Assembly (NCBI GenBank): GCA_965240325.2
Contig: OZ251224.1
Location: 2,232,001-2,296,000 of the forward strand
Origin: Rebecca billardiae RCC1528
Lineage: Eukaryota; Protista; Haptophyta
Length of the DNA stretch: 64,000 nt
Direction of reading: 5' to 3'
A model generated the notes under the pieces. That model was not told the DNA's origin. It worked only from the letters and a program-made list of their open reading frames with translations, and did no database searches. A program made the translations under genes and the position numbers. Shown here piece after piece: positions 37,258 to 47,650 of the stretch (within the stretch, counting starts at the first letter, position 1; every line of letters starts with the position of its first letter).

Positions 37258-38091
37258 CTACTTCAGCGGCCCGCCGCTGCCCGCCTGCGCGTCCGCGAGG
37301 ACGAGCTCTGTGATGGCCAGAAGCGCCTCGGCCGCGCCCGCTCGGATCTGCATCTCGGTGAGCTCGGTGAGCGGCGAGTCCTCCGGGTTGATCTCGATGA
37401 TGCGCGCGCCCCGCGCGCGCGCGAACGCCGGGATGCTCGCCGCGGGCTGCACCACCGAGCTCGTCCCCACGACGAGCAGCACGTCGCCCTCGCCGAGCGC
37501 GGCGACGTCATCGGTCGCGAGCTGCCACTGCGCCTCGGGCAGCCCCTCTCCAAAGAGGGTGCAGTCGGGCCGCGCGAGGCCGCCGCACGCGTCGCAGTGC
37601 GGGGGCTGCGCGGCGTGCTCGAGCGGGTTGTCCACCGCCACGGGCGCGGAGCACTGCCCGCAGCGGAACGCGCGCACCGTGCCGTGCACCTCGCGCACGC
37701 GCTTTGAGCCAGACGCCTGGTGCAGCCCGTCGACGTTCATCGTGATGATCGACATGAGCTCGCCGGGGAAGCGCAGGCGCTGCAGCCGCGCGAGTGCGCG
37801 ATGTCCCGCGTGCGGCTCTGCCTGCATGATCGGCGCCAAAAAGTCGCGGACGAACAGGCGCCACGTGAGCGAGGGCGTGAACCACCACCCAAACGGCGTG
37901 CCGCCGTAAAGCAGCCTCAGGCCGCCGAGGAGGCCGCTCCACGCGCCCCCTTGGCCTCGAAAGGTGCCGATGCCGGCGTCAGCCGACATACCCGCGCCAC
38001 TAAACACGACAAGCCTCTCGCTCCGCTGGATGTGCTGCGCCGCCACCCTTATCATCTCCTCCTTTGCGCGGGGCATCACGGCCGCCACCAT
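37258..38091 (-). CDS. NAD-dependent deacylase, sirtuin (SIR2 family, CobB/class III-like)
   Basis: SGAGMSADAGIGTFRG, TMNVDGLH, EVHG, CGQC/CDAC zinc site, RPDCTLFGE, VGTSSVVQPAA, EINPE. Confidence 0.93.
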   Translation of the reverse strand: MVAAVMPRAKEEMIRVAAQHIQRSERLVVFSGAGMSADAGIGTFRGQGGAWSGLLGGLRLLYGGTPFGWWFTPSLTWRLFVRDFLAPIMQAEPHAGHRALARLQRLRFPGELMSIITMNVDGLHQASGSKRVREVHGTVRAFRCGQCSAPVAVDNPLEHAAQPPHCDACGGLARPDCTLFGEGLPEAQWQLATDDVAALGEGDVLLVVGTSSVVQPAASIPAFARARGARIIEINPEDSPLTELTEMQIRAGAAEALLAITELVLADAQAGSGGPLK

Positions 38092-38379
38092 GATGAGTCA
38101 CGGTCTTCCAAGTTCCTCGAAGTGGGCACTTCCGCCGCCGTTTCGGATTCGGCATTCGCAGAAAAATAATATCCGCTTCACAACACTCCGGCCGCACAGG
38201 GAAAAATCCGGACGACACGGCGACAATGGCACTCCGGTCTCAATCTTTCGACGAAGCATTGGCCTGATGACGCACTTTTGCTGGTGCATCCCGTGCATCC
38301 GTTGGTGCTTCGTTGCGTGTGTCGAGCAGAGAGCCGCAGCCGGTTGGAAGCCGACCCGTCCGTCGCTTGGACCGCCGTG

Positions 38380-40111
38380 ATGTTGCCGTCCGTCATCCTC
38401 GCGCTCACCGCCACGGCCGACTGGAAGCCGCATGCGGTGATCGAGCCATTTCGGATCAAGGTCGTCGAGCCTCTCACGATCACCACCCGCAACGAACGCG
38501 CTGAGGCCCTCGAGCACGCGGGGTACAATCTGTTCCGCGTGCCGGCGGATGCCGTGCTTCTCGACTTCCTCACGGACTCGGGCACGGGCGCGATGAGCTC
38601 GGCGCAGTGGGGGGCGATGATCGACGCGGATGAGGCGTACGCCAGCGCTGTCTCGTGGCACAAGCTCCTCCGCGCCTTCCGCAGCCTATTCGACTTTCCG
38701 TACTTCCTCCCCACGCACCAGGGCCGTGCGGCGGAGCGCCTTCTCTTCGGCCATCTGGGCGGCGAGAACAAGACGTTCTTGGCGAACACCTTCTTTGACA
38801 CGACCCGCGCGAATGCAGAGGCGACCGGTGCCAGGTGCATCGACCTGCCGGCCAGCTCCGCGGACCGCGACCTCGGCTTCCGCGGCAACATCGACCTGGC
38901 GAAGCTCCGTGAGCTGTTGGCGTCGCGACCGATCGCAGGCGTGGTGATCACCGCGACCAACAACGCCGGCGGCGGGCAGCCCGTGTCCCTCGCAAACATG
39001 CGTGCGGCGGCCGCGCTCTGCCAGGCGGCGCATGTGCCCATCATTCTCGACGGCTGTCGCTTCGCGGAGAACGCGTACTTCATCCATCTGCGCGAGCCGG
39101 GCATGCAGCGCATGTCGATCCGGGAGATTGTGGCCGAGATGGCGCCGCTGTTCGACGCCATGACGATGAGCGCCAAGAAGGACGGGATGGCGAACACGGG
39201 CGGGTGGCTGGCCGTGCGGGATGAGGCAATGGCAAAGAAGCTCTCGCAGAGCTTGATCCTGACCGAAGGCTTCTCGACGTACGGTGGCATGGTGCGTCGC
39301 GTCCTGCCTCCGCGACTCCCGCCGCGCGCGCCTCATGTCACACTCACCTCAGTACCGCCCTCGGCCGGGCGGCGCTGCACGCGCGCACCCTGCGCTACAG
39401 GCGGGGCGCGACATGGCCGCTATCGCCGTTGGCCTGGACGAGGTCACGTCGGAGTCGTACCTGCAGTACCGCATCGCCACCGTGAAGTACGTGACCGATC
39501 GGCTGATGGCCGCCGGCGTGCCCGTGCTCCTGCCGCCCGGCGGCCACGCTGTGTACTTGGATGCAGCGGCGATGCTGCCCGACGTGCCGCGCGACCAGTT
39601 CCCCGGGCACGCCGTCGCGTGCGCGCTCTACCTCGAGGGCGGCGTGCGCGCGTGCGAGATCGGCTCGCTCATGTTTGGCCGCGACGAGGAGGCGCACGCG
39701 GTGGTCTCAGACGCGCCGCGCCGCGAGCTCGTCAGGCTCGCCTTCCCGCGGCGCATGTACACGCAGGCGCATATGGACTACGCGATCGAGGTGTGCATCC
39801 GCGTGCACGAGATGTGCAAGATGGGCGATGTGGCCGGCTACCGCATCACCGAGGGGGCCTCGAACGCCCTGCGCCACTTCTCGGCCGTGCTCGAGCCCAT
39901 GAGCGCAAGCGGGGTCACACGCTCGCGCAATGCAGGTCACGGCAGGCCCGCTGCCCACTCCGCCGTCCATCGCCGCGCGAGGGCCACGACCAAAGGCGGT
40001 GCCGAGGTGCACGACCAGCAGCATCGCCACCAAGCGCACCACCTCCAGACTAGGCACTCCATGGGGGCGTCCCCCTCGGCGCCAGCCGCCGCTGCTGCGT
40101 CCGCTGCATGA
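38380..40111 (+). CDS. tnaA: Tryptophanase (PLP beta-eliminating lyase); exons 38380-39291, 39401-40111
   Basis: EPFRIKVVEP, AGYNLF, DFLTDSGTGAMS, THQGRAAE, FDTTRAN, RFAENAYFI, MSAKKDG (PLP Lys), TYGGM|AGRDM, GGHAVY, ELVRLAFPRRMYT, LRHFSA. Intron 39292-39400. Confidence 0.9.
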
Positions 40112-40318
40112 ATGATCGAGGCCGCGCGGCGCTTGATCGTCATCACGACATCAGAACTTTATGCAGCATAGCCGCTGTACTGCCTGTCGTAGCCTGCGGA
40201 ATGCTGACAATGCTTGATGATGATGAGTGCCAAGCTGGCGTTGTCACCAGCATCACGGCATTGACGTCAGCTACTAATATAGCAGGACGAAATGTTACAG
40301 CAACGTATTTCAAAATCC

Positions 40319-42165
40319 TCAATGGCGGGCAGTGGGCGCAGTGGCGGCGGCACCGCCATCGGACGATGGCTCGGCACTACTCGCCTGAGCCTGAGGTGGT
40401 GGTGGGCGCAAGGCTGCGTAGCGGCCACCTGGCGCGGCCCACTCGACCCGCCCGTCGGCGATCACGAGCTGCACGGAGCGCAATGCGCCGATGTCGTCAG
40501 ACGGGTCGTCTGCGAGCACAAGCACATCGGCCGCCTTGCCCGCGTCCAGCGATCCGCGCGTCGCGCCAAGGCCCAGCGCCTCGCAACCAGAGAGGGTGGC
40601 CGCCTTGAGCACCTCGAGCGCGCGGAGCCCGGCGCGCTGCATCGCCTCGGCCTCGGCGAAGAAGGACGGGCCGTGCGGCACGAACGGTTCGCCTGCGCCC
40701 GTGCCCACCACCGCGTGCACGCCAGCGGTGTGCAGCCGCAGCAGATTTCGCGCGCCCACATGCCGGCGCGCCGCGATGCTCGCGAGGAAGCGATTTCGCA
40801 TCGATCCCCGATTGCGCGGGTTGCGCGGCAAGCTGGCGGTGAGCTCGTAGAGCGTGCGTGCGCGCTCGGTCGCGCCGAGCTCGAGAAGATCCTCCAGATC
40901 GGCATGCACAGAGCGCGTGAAGAGCGCCTCACGCGCGTCGAGTGATGCCAGGCACGGGCTGTAGGCACAGCCGGCGCGCACCGCACTTGGGCCGGCTGGC
41001 GCGGCGCCGCGCCCGTCACCGTCGCCACGGGCGGGCTCAGGCCTCGCGGGCGAGGTGGTTGCGCCACGCAACGCGCCGCCCTGCCCCGGCCTGAGAGCCT
41101 CGATCAGCTGCGTGTCCACAAAGTCGTCCTCAACTCCGCCAAGCAGGATGCTCGCGCGCGAGGCTGCTGCGAGCCGTGCGCCCTCGAGCGTGCGCGTGCG
41201 CACAGCGAGCGCCCGACCGTGCCGTTCCGCAGCGGCGGCGGACGCGTCGAGCAGCTGGGTGGAGAGCGCACGAGCCGAAGCAGATGGCTCCGACTCGGCG
41301 GAGCCCGCGGCACGGGGCTCGGCTGGGCCAGCCGCCGGGCTGCAGTCCGGGAGCACGACGCTGACGAGAATGCCACCCGCGGCGGTGGAGGCAGCCACGG
41401 CTGCTTCTGCGGCGGCCGCACGTAGCGCGCACACGTCGGGGCGATCTCCCGCGGCGGTGCGGAGCGAGTCGGCCTCGCTCGCGGCGAGGAAGCGCCCCGA
41501 GGGCACCACGAGCGGCGCGCGCTGCTCCCGCGCGCGCTCGAGCGTCCATGCAAACCCGCCGGCGTCGCACACCGTTGTCACGCCGCAGCGCACCAGCGCA
41601 GAGTCCAACTCTGCGCTGTGCTCGCGCGCGGCCTCGACGGCGGCGTCGTACGGGTAGCGCGCACGCACGTCGACGCAGTCGGGGCGTGCTGAGGGGCGCA
41701 CACGGCATGGGTCGAGCGCGGGGAGGACGGGAAGGGTGCGGGAGTGGCGCAGATGAGCGAGTGGGGCCACGCGAGGGCGAGCAGCCAGCAACGCGTGTGC
41801 GGGCGCGCACTGTCCACCCATGAGCTCTGCGAGTAGTGCACGCAGACGTCGCATAGACCCGCCGTGATATAGTGCCGCGAGCAGTCTACAACACGCGCGC
41901 CGTCGGGTATGGATTCGGGCGTGCTGGTGCCGATGCTGCTCGTCGGGAGGCGTGACGCGCGCCACCGCGGCGGATGAGTAGGGCGGCGCGCGCGGCGCCA
42001 AGACGGCGGTCCGACGGGCATGACGTGCGAGGCAGTGCGCACGCGCGCGCACCTGATGAGCACGCCGTCGCGCAGGTGCAACACTGCATCGCGCAGCGCG
42101 CGAGGCTCGGGCCCCGCGAAGGCTGTGCCCCCGACAAGGAAGAGCTCGCCGCGCTCCACCGCCAT
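40319..42165 (-). CDS. Amidohydrolase-superfamily protein with metal ligands apparently lost; exons 42053-42165, 41811-41935, 40319-41688
   Basis: VVDCSRHYITAGLCDVCVHYSQ, CGVTTVCDAGG, VGTGAG, EAEAMQRAGL...LKAATLSG..ALG...GSLDAGKAADVLVL..DP..DI; two GT-AG introns give 535 aa. Confidence 0.82.
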
Positions 42166-42317
42166 CCTGGCATCCCTTTTGCTTCTGGTTCTCCAACGGC
42201 CGCGGTTGCCCCGGACGAAACGAGTTGGCGGGCAGCTCGCGCCCAAAGTTTAAATTGGAGCGCCCGAAAGCAGAGCAGCTCGCGCGACGACACCGCGACC
42301 AAGTCGCTGCGCTCGGG

Positions 42318-43145
42318 ATGGCTGAGCGCCGCAGCGCCGGCGTGAAGCTGCTTCAGCGCAAGTCGGCGCGAGGTGACGCGGAGGCCACGTTCAATCTCGC
42401 CCAACGTGTCAGGGATGGCGACGGCATCGCACACGACCCGGTCGAGGCGCGTCGGCTTCTCACCCTCGCCGCCGAGCAAGGGTCGGCGGAAGCTCAGTGC
42501 AGAGTCGGCATCGCACTTCATCAGGGCCTTGGCTCAGTGGTGCGGAACGACACGGAGGCGGCACGCTGGTACCGGATGGCCGCCGATCAGGGCAACGAAG
42601 TCGCGCAGTGCCATTTGGGCTGGTGCTACGAGCACGGCGAGGGCGTGCCGCAGGATATGGCCGAGGCGGTGCGCTGGTACCGGCTGGCGGCCGAGCAGGG
42701 CTTTGCAGGCGCGCAGTTTAACATGGGCATGTGCTGCGAGAAGGCAGAGGGCGTGCCGCACGATGTGCCCGAGGCGGCGCGCTGGTACCGACTGGCGGCA
42801 GATGCCGATTGGCCATCCGCTTCGTACCAGCTTGGGCGGCTGAAGCTGTTGGGCGAGGGGGGAGTGGAGCGCGATGTGGAGGAGGGCGCGCGGCTGCTGC
42901 GCCGTGCTCACGAGCTCGACAGCACGCTCGACCCTGCGAAAACGCTCATCGCTGACTTCGCCGGGGACCACGAGGTGGTGTCAAAGTGCTGCATGGTGTG
43001 CGCAAACGCGGGCAGCGGTCTGAAGAAGTGCGAGCGGTGCCACGTGGCGGTCTTCTGCTCGCACGACCACCTGCGGCGTGCGTGGAAGGCGCACAAGCCG
43101 TACTGCAACTCTGACGAATGGAAGGCGGGACCCGGCACCACTTGA
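42318..43145 (+). CDS. Sel1-repeat protein with C-terminal MYND zinc finger
   Basis: Five SLR units (AQCHLGWCYEHGEGVPQDMAEAVRWYRLAAEQG etc.); CMVC...CERC...FCSHDHLRRAWKAHKPYC. Confidence 0.9.
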   Translation: MAERRSAGVKLLQRKSARGDAEATFNLAQRVRDGDGIAHDPVEARRLLTLAAEQGSAEAQCRVGIALHQGLGSVVRNDTEAARWYRMAADQGNEVAQCHLGWCYEHGEGVPQDMAEAVRWYRLAAEQGFAGAQFNMGMCCEKAEGVPHDVPEAARWYRLAADADWPSASYQLGRLKLLGEGGVERDVEEGARLLRRAHELDSTLDPAKTLIADFAGDHEVVSKCCMVCANAGSGLKKCERCHVAVFCSHDHLRRAWKAHKPYCNSDEWKAGPGTT

Positions 43146-43848
43146 CAGACATACGGCGCGGTACGGTGGGTCACATGTAAGTGTTGCGTGCGCACTGCAG
43201 TCTGCAACGCGCAGCTAGCGCCCGACGGTGCCGGCTTTCTCGGACACGGACTACGGACGAGTCGCCGGAGCGTCCCCGCCCCCGGGGCCGGAGCCGGCCG
43301 GCCCCACCCACGGCCCCTGTCCCTGACTCACTAGTGACTGCCTTCGGAGGCGGCTGAACTGACGCCCCCTGCCCCTGGGCCAGGTCCAGCTGTACGTGAT
43401 GAAGCCCTGTGATTCCAGCAGCGGTGTGAGTGACGATACGCGCTGCTAGCTACACTCTACAGACTACAGAGACCAGAGTACAGTAGCCTAGTACAGTAGC
43501 TACTGACTCAACTGAGTCAGTTACTGAGTGACACTGTCCTGCTGATGATGGCGGTCTGCTACGACTCAACTCTCAAGCGCGGGCGGCGCGCTGCTACGAG
43601 CTACTGAAACTGATTCCAGCAGTGACGGACTACTGTATTCTAATATATATATGATGCCAGTCGCGTGAACGCGAATATCTGTATATCATCGCGCGTCTAC
43701 TGCCTATAAATCCTATAGCGGCCTCGGGCCTGTCGGGCTGTCATCTGCCTGCGTCCGCTGCTGCACAGCGAGCGGGCCAAATGCGGTTGCGCGCTAGCCA
43801 GAGCACGCACGCCGGCTGCTACGCTCTCCGAAGCCATCACCAGCCGGC

Positions 43849-45084
43849 TCAGGGCGTGACGGCCAGCGCGCCTGCCGCGCCGAGGCTTTCGCAGCCCGCT
43901 GGCTCTGCAGGCTCGGCGCGATAGACCCACGCACACACGCCGTCGAGCGCGGCGCGCAGCTCGCGCGGCGAGCAGCCGATCTCGCAGCACAGCTCATCGG
44001 CGCACACCGTCCCGTTGAGCCGCGCGGCGAGCGCGGGCGGCAGCGTGTGCGCGGGCTCGCGCCCGGCGCTCGCGACGAGCCACGGGTGCGCGTGCACGCG
44101 CGAGATGTAGCCGTTGATGACGCCAAATTGCATGGCCTTGCGCACGTCGATCTGGCAGCGCTCGGCGTCTGAGAGCGAGGCGCACGCGTCGCCGACCGTC
44201 GCCCAGTGGCCGTCGGCGCTCGGGCGCAGCCGGCAGTACAGCGCGAAGACCGCGCTGAACGCGGGCGCCGAGCCCTCCACGCGCGCCGCGTGCGCGACGC
44301 ACGCGGCGCGCGCCGGCTCGGACGCGGCGAGTGCGTGCAGCCGTGACGTCGGCGAGTACACGTTGCCGTCGTCATACAGGTCGGCCAGCACGACGCAGCC
44401 GACGTGCGCGAGGTCGGTGAGGCAGTCGAGCGCCCACTCCGCGTCGATCCCCGCCGTCACCGCGATCGCGCGCGCGGGCGCCTGCCCGTCGATGTACGGC
44501 AGCAGCCGGCGCAGCGCCAGGTCTGCGCTGAGCATGTCGCTGCCTGGCGCCGCCACCAGCACAGGCACGTGGTGCGGTCGGACGCGCAGCCGCGGCGCGG
44601 CGCCGCGCGGCGGGAGGCGGAGGCGGATGATGTTCGCCATGTCGACGAGCAGCGTGCACTCGCGCGAGACGTTGAGCTGCCCCACCAGCCGCGGCAGCAG
44701 CCGGCCGAGGTCGGCGCGCCTCGCGGGCTCAGAGAGATGCGCAGCCTCGATCTCGAGCGTGCGCAGCGCGCGCCCGAGCTTGGCGAGCAGGGCGCCGTAC
44801 GCGGCCTCCTCCTCGGCGGCCTCGTCGCCGAGCACGAGGCACAGGTTGAAGAGCAGCGCGTTCCGCGGGTACTTCGCGTCCTCGATGCACACCGGGAAGC
44901 CCATCACGGTCGCGCCAAGCGCGGTGAGCGAGACGAGCTGGCCGCAGAGCTGCGGCTTGGGGATGACGTACTCGGAGATGGCGTCGAACTCCTCCGGGCC
45001 GATGAAGCCCTCGGGGGTCTGGTGGGCCACCTTGCGCCCGACCACCTCGTCGAACACGGCGATCAGCGCCGCGCGGATCGCCAT
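43849..45084 (-). CDS. NPRL2: GATOR1/SEACIT subunit NPRL2 (NPR2)
   Basis: FDEVVGRKVAHQTP, FDAISEYVIPKPQLC, GFPVCIEDAKYPRNALLFNL, HHVPV, DLAL..LLPYIDG, IDVRK..QFGVINGYI.RVH..P, DELCC. Confidence 0.93.
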   Translation of the reverse strand: MAIRAALIAVFDEVVGRKVAHQTPEGFIGPEEFDAISEYVIPKPQLCGQLVSLTALGATVMGFPVCIEDAKYPRNALLFNLCLVLGDEAAEEEAAYGALLAKLGRALRTLEIEAAHLSEPARRADLGRLLPRLVGQLNVSRECTLLVDMANIIRLRLPPRGAAPRLRVRPHHVPVLVAAPGSDMLSADLALRRLLPYIDGQAPARAIAVTAGIDAEWALDCLTDLAHVGCVVLADLYDDGNVYSPTSRLHALAASEPARAACVAHAARVEGSAPAFSAVFALYCRLRPSADGHWATVGDACASLSDAERCQIDVRKAMQFGVINGYISRVHAHPWLVASAGREPAHTLPPALAARLNGTVCADELCCEIGCSPRELRAALDGVCAWVYRAEPAEPAGCESLGAAGALAVTP

Positions 45085-45202
45085 CTCAAGCAGGAGGGCC
45101 GCCGGCGGGCGCCGCCATCGTGGGCTTGGTGGGTCCTTGCTTCCCGGAAGGCAGCAAGCGAGCTTGGTCGGCGGCGGCGGCGGCGGTCCCGCGTCCGCCG
45201 AG

Positions 45203-47612
45203 ATGGGCCAGCAGCTCAGCACGCCTGCGGCGGCGGCGACGCAGGACTTCGCGCTGCAGGAGATCGGGGGGCTCACTTTCGTCGAGAAGCTGGGCGGCGG
45301 GCGCTTCATGAAGACGCTGCGCTGCGAGACGAACGACGGGCACGCGCCGGTCGCCGTGAAGGTCTACCTCAAGCAGCCGGGCGCGCCGTCGCTCGCGCGG
45401 CACGAGCGGCAGCTGCGGGAGATACGGCGTCGTCTGCCGGCGGCGAGCTGCCCGGGTGTCGTGCCGTTCGAGATGTTCCGCGAGACGGACAAGGCGGCGT
45501 ACCTCATGCGCCAGTACTACCACACGACGCTGCGCGAGCGCGCGGGCGCGCAGCCGCGCCTCACCGCTGTCGAGAAGCGCTGGCTCGCGTTCCAGCTGCT
45601 GCGCGCACTGGAGCAGATGCACTCGCGCGGGGTGTGTCACGGCGACATCAAGTCCGAGAACGTCTTCCTCACCTCGTGGGGCTGGCTCGCGCTCGGCGAC
45701 CTCGCCTCGGGCATCAAGCCGCCGCTGCTGCGCGACGACAACCCTTCGCACTTTTCTTTCTTTTATAATTCCTCGGGCCGGCGCACGTGCTACGTGGCGC
45801 CGGAGCGGCTGCAGCCGGCGGAGGTGTGCGCGGCCGCGCTCGCCGACGAGCCACCGCCTTCCGCCGCCGCCGCCGCCGCCACCGCCGCCGCCGGGTCGTC
45901 GGGCGGGGATGGCGCCCCCGCGGCTCCGGCGCTCAGCGCATCGGAGTACCAGGCAGTGGCGACGGTCCAGCCGGCCGCCGACGTCTTTTCGGCGGGGTGC
46001 GTGCTCGCCGAGCTGGCGCTGGACGGCGCGCCGCTGCTCGACTTCTCGCAGCTCCTCTCGTACTCGCGTGGCCACCACGACCTCGCGCCCACGCTGCGGG
46101 CGATCCCGGACGCGCCACTCCGAGCGCTCGTGACTCACATGACGCAGCTCGAGCCCTCGCGCCGGCTGAGCGCGCGCGCGTACGCGGAGCGATGGGCGGT
46201 GGGCTCGGCGCACGAGGGCGCGGAGGGCGGCTGCTTCCCCGACGCGTTCGGCGAGCTGTACGCCCGGCTGTGCGCGCCGCTGTCCGGGCTCGACCCGGAC
46301 GGGCAGGCGGCGGCCATGCTGCAGGTGCGGCCGATGCTGCTGCGCCGCGTGCGCACGGACGGCGGCGGCGGCGGCGGCGGCGGCGACGGCGCGCGCGGCG
46401 ACGGTGCCGGTGGGCCGGCAGACGCGCGCGCAGGCGCCGACGCGCACGCGCACATCGGCGCGTCCCACGCCGAGCCGACCACGCCGCTGGGCTGGGCGGA
46501 GGCGCCGGGCGCCGTGCTGGGCGAGCGGCGGCCGGCGGGAGCGCTGCCCTCCGCCACGCCGGTTGCGCGCGGCGCGTTCGGGCGCACGCACGGCGCGCGG
46601 GGCGAGGGCGCGGCGCGCGGCGGCGAGCGGCGGTGGGAGGAGGCCGCGTGGGACTCGTGGGACGCGCTCGCCGCGCTGGACGATGTGAGCGCGCGCCGCG
46701 CGTCCCTCACGCCCGCCTCTCCGGCCGAGCTGGCCAGCGGCGCCGCACCGGTGCCGAGCCGCGCGGCGGCGAATGCGCTGCCGCAGGCGTCGGACGAGGA
46801 GAATGGTGCGGGCGGCTCGGTGCTGCAGCTGGTGGTGACGCCGCTCGTCGCGACGCTGCCGCACGTGCGCTCCGCCGAGCTCCGCCTCGAGCTCCTCGCC
46901 CTCCTCGACGAGCTTCGCGAGGCAGCGTGCGCGCCCGACGAGCCTCCGAGCGCGCGCACGCGCGAGGGAGACGCCGTCGCGCTTCGATCGATTGTGCCTG
47001 CGATGGTGGCGCTGGCGAGCGGCGGGGCGGGCGCGTCCGCGACGGACGGGCCGTCCGCGGCGATCGCCGTGCCCTCGGAGCTCGGCGTCGTCCGCGCGCG
47101 CGCGCTCGAGGTGCTCGTCCGCGCGCTCGAGGGCGTGCGCCCGTGCGGCCGCGCGCGAGGCGGCGCGCGCGCGGCCGACGCCGTCGCGCGCGCGGACGCG
47201 GACGCGGACGCCGCAGGGGGCGAGGCTGCTGCGCACGCGGCGGTGCGGCTGCTGCTGCCGCCGATCGAGCTGCGCTCGATCTCGGCGTACCTGCTGCCCT
47301 CGCTCGCGCGGCTCCCCGCCGACCCGGACCCGCTCGTCCGGGCGGCCTTTGCAGACTCGCTCGCTCGCATCGTGCGCGTGGGCGAGCTCTTCGCACACGC
47401 ACTCGCGCTGCCGCCGCCGCCGACGCCGACGGGCGCGGCGGGCGCGGGCGTGGGCGTGGGCGGCGCGCACGCCGGCTCGGGCGCGAGCGTGCACGGCCGC
47501 TGCGCCACGCCGAGCGCCGCGCCGTCGGCGCGGTCCGGCGCAGCCGGCGGCGCCGACTCGGCGGTGCCGGGCGCGCCCACTGCGGTACACACGGACGAGG
47601 CGGCCGCTGGCT

Positions 47613-47650
<38 letters not shown>

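Noticed and set aside
38380-40111. Bacterial contamination, or tyrosine phenol-lyase identity
   Set aside because: Spliceosomal intron and eukaryotic neighbours argue against contamination; SAKKD/LRHF residues favour tryptophanase.
43143-43440. Selenocysteine read-through/SECIS after the Sel1-MYND TGA
   Set aside because: The MYND domain is complete before the TGA and no convincing SECIS stem could be built.
44114-45202. 363-aa N-terminal extension of the 2360-aa ORF
   Set aside because: It is the stop-free antisense of NPRL2; VPS15 starts at the myristoylated MGQQLS (45203).
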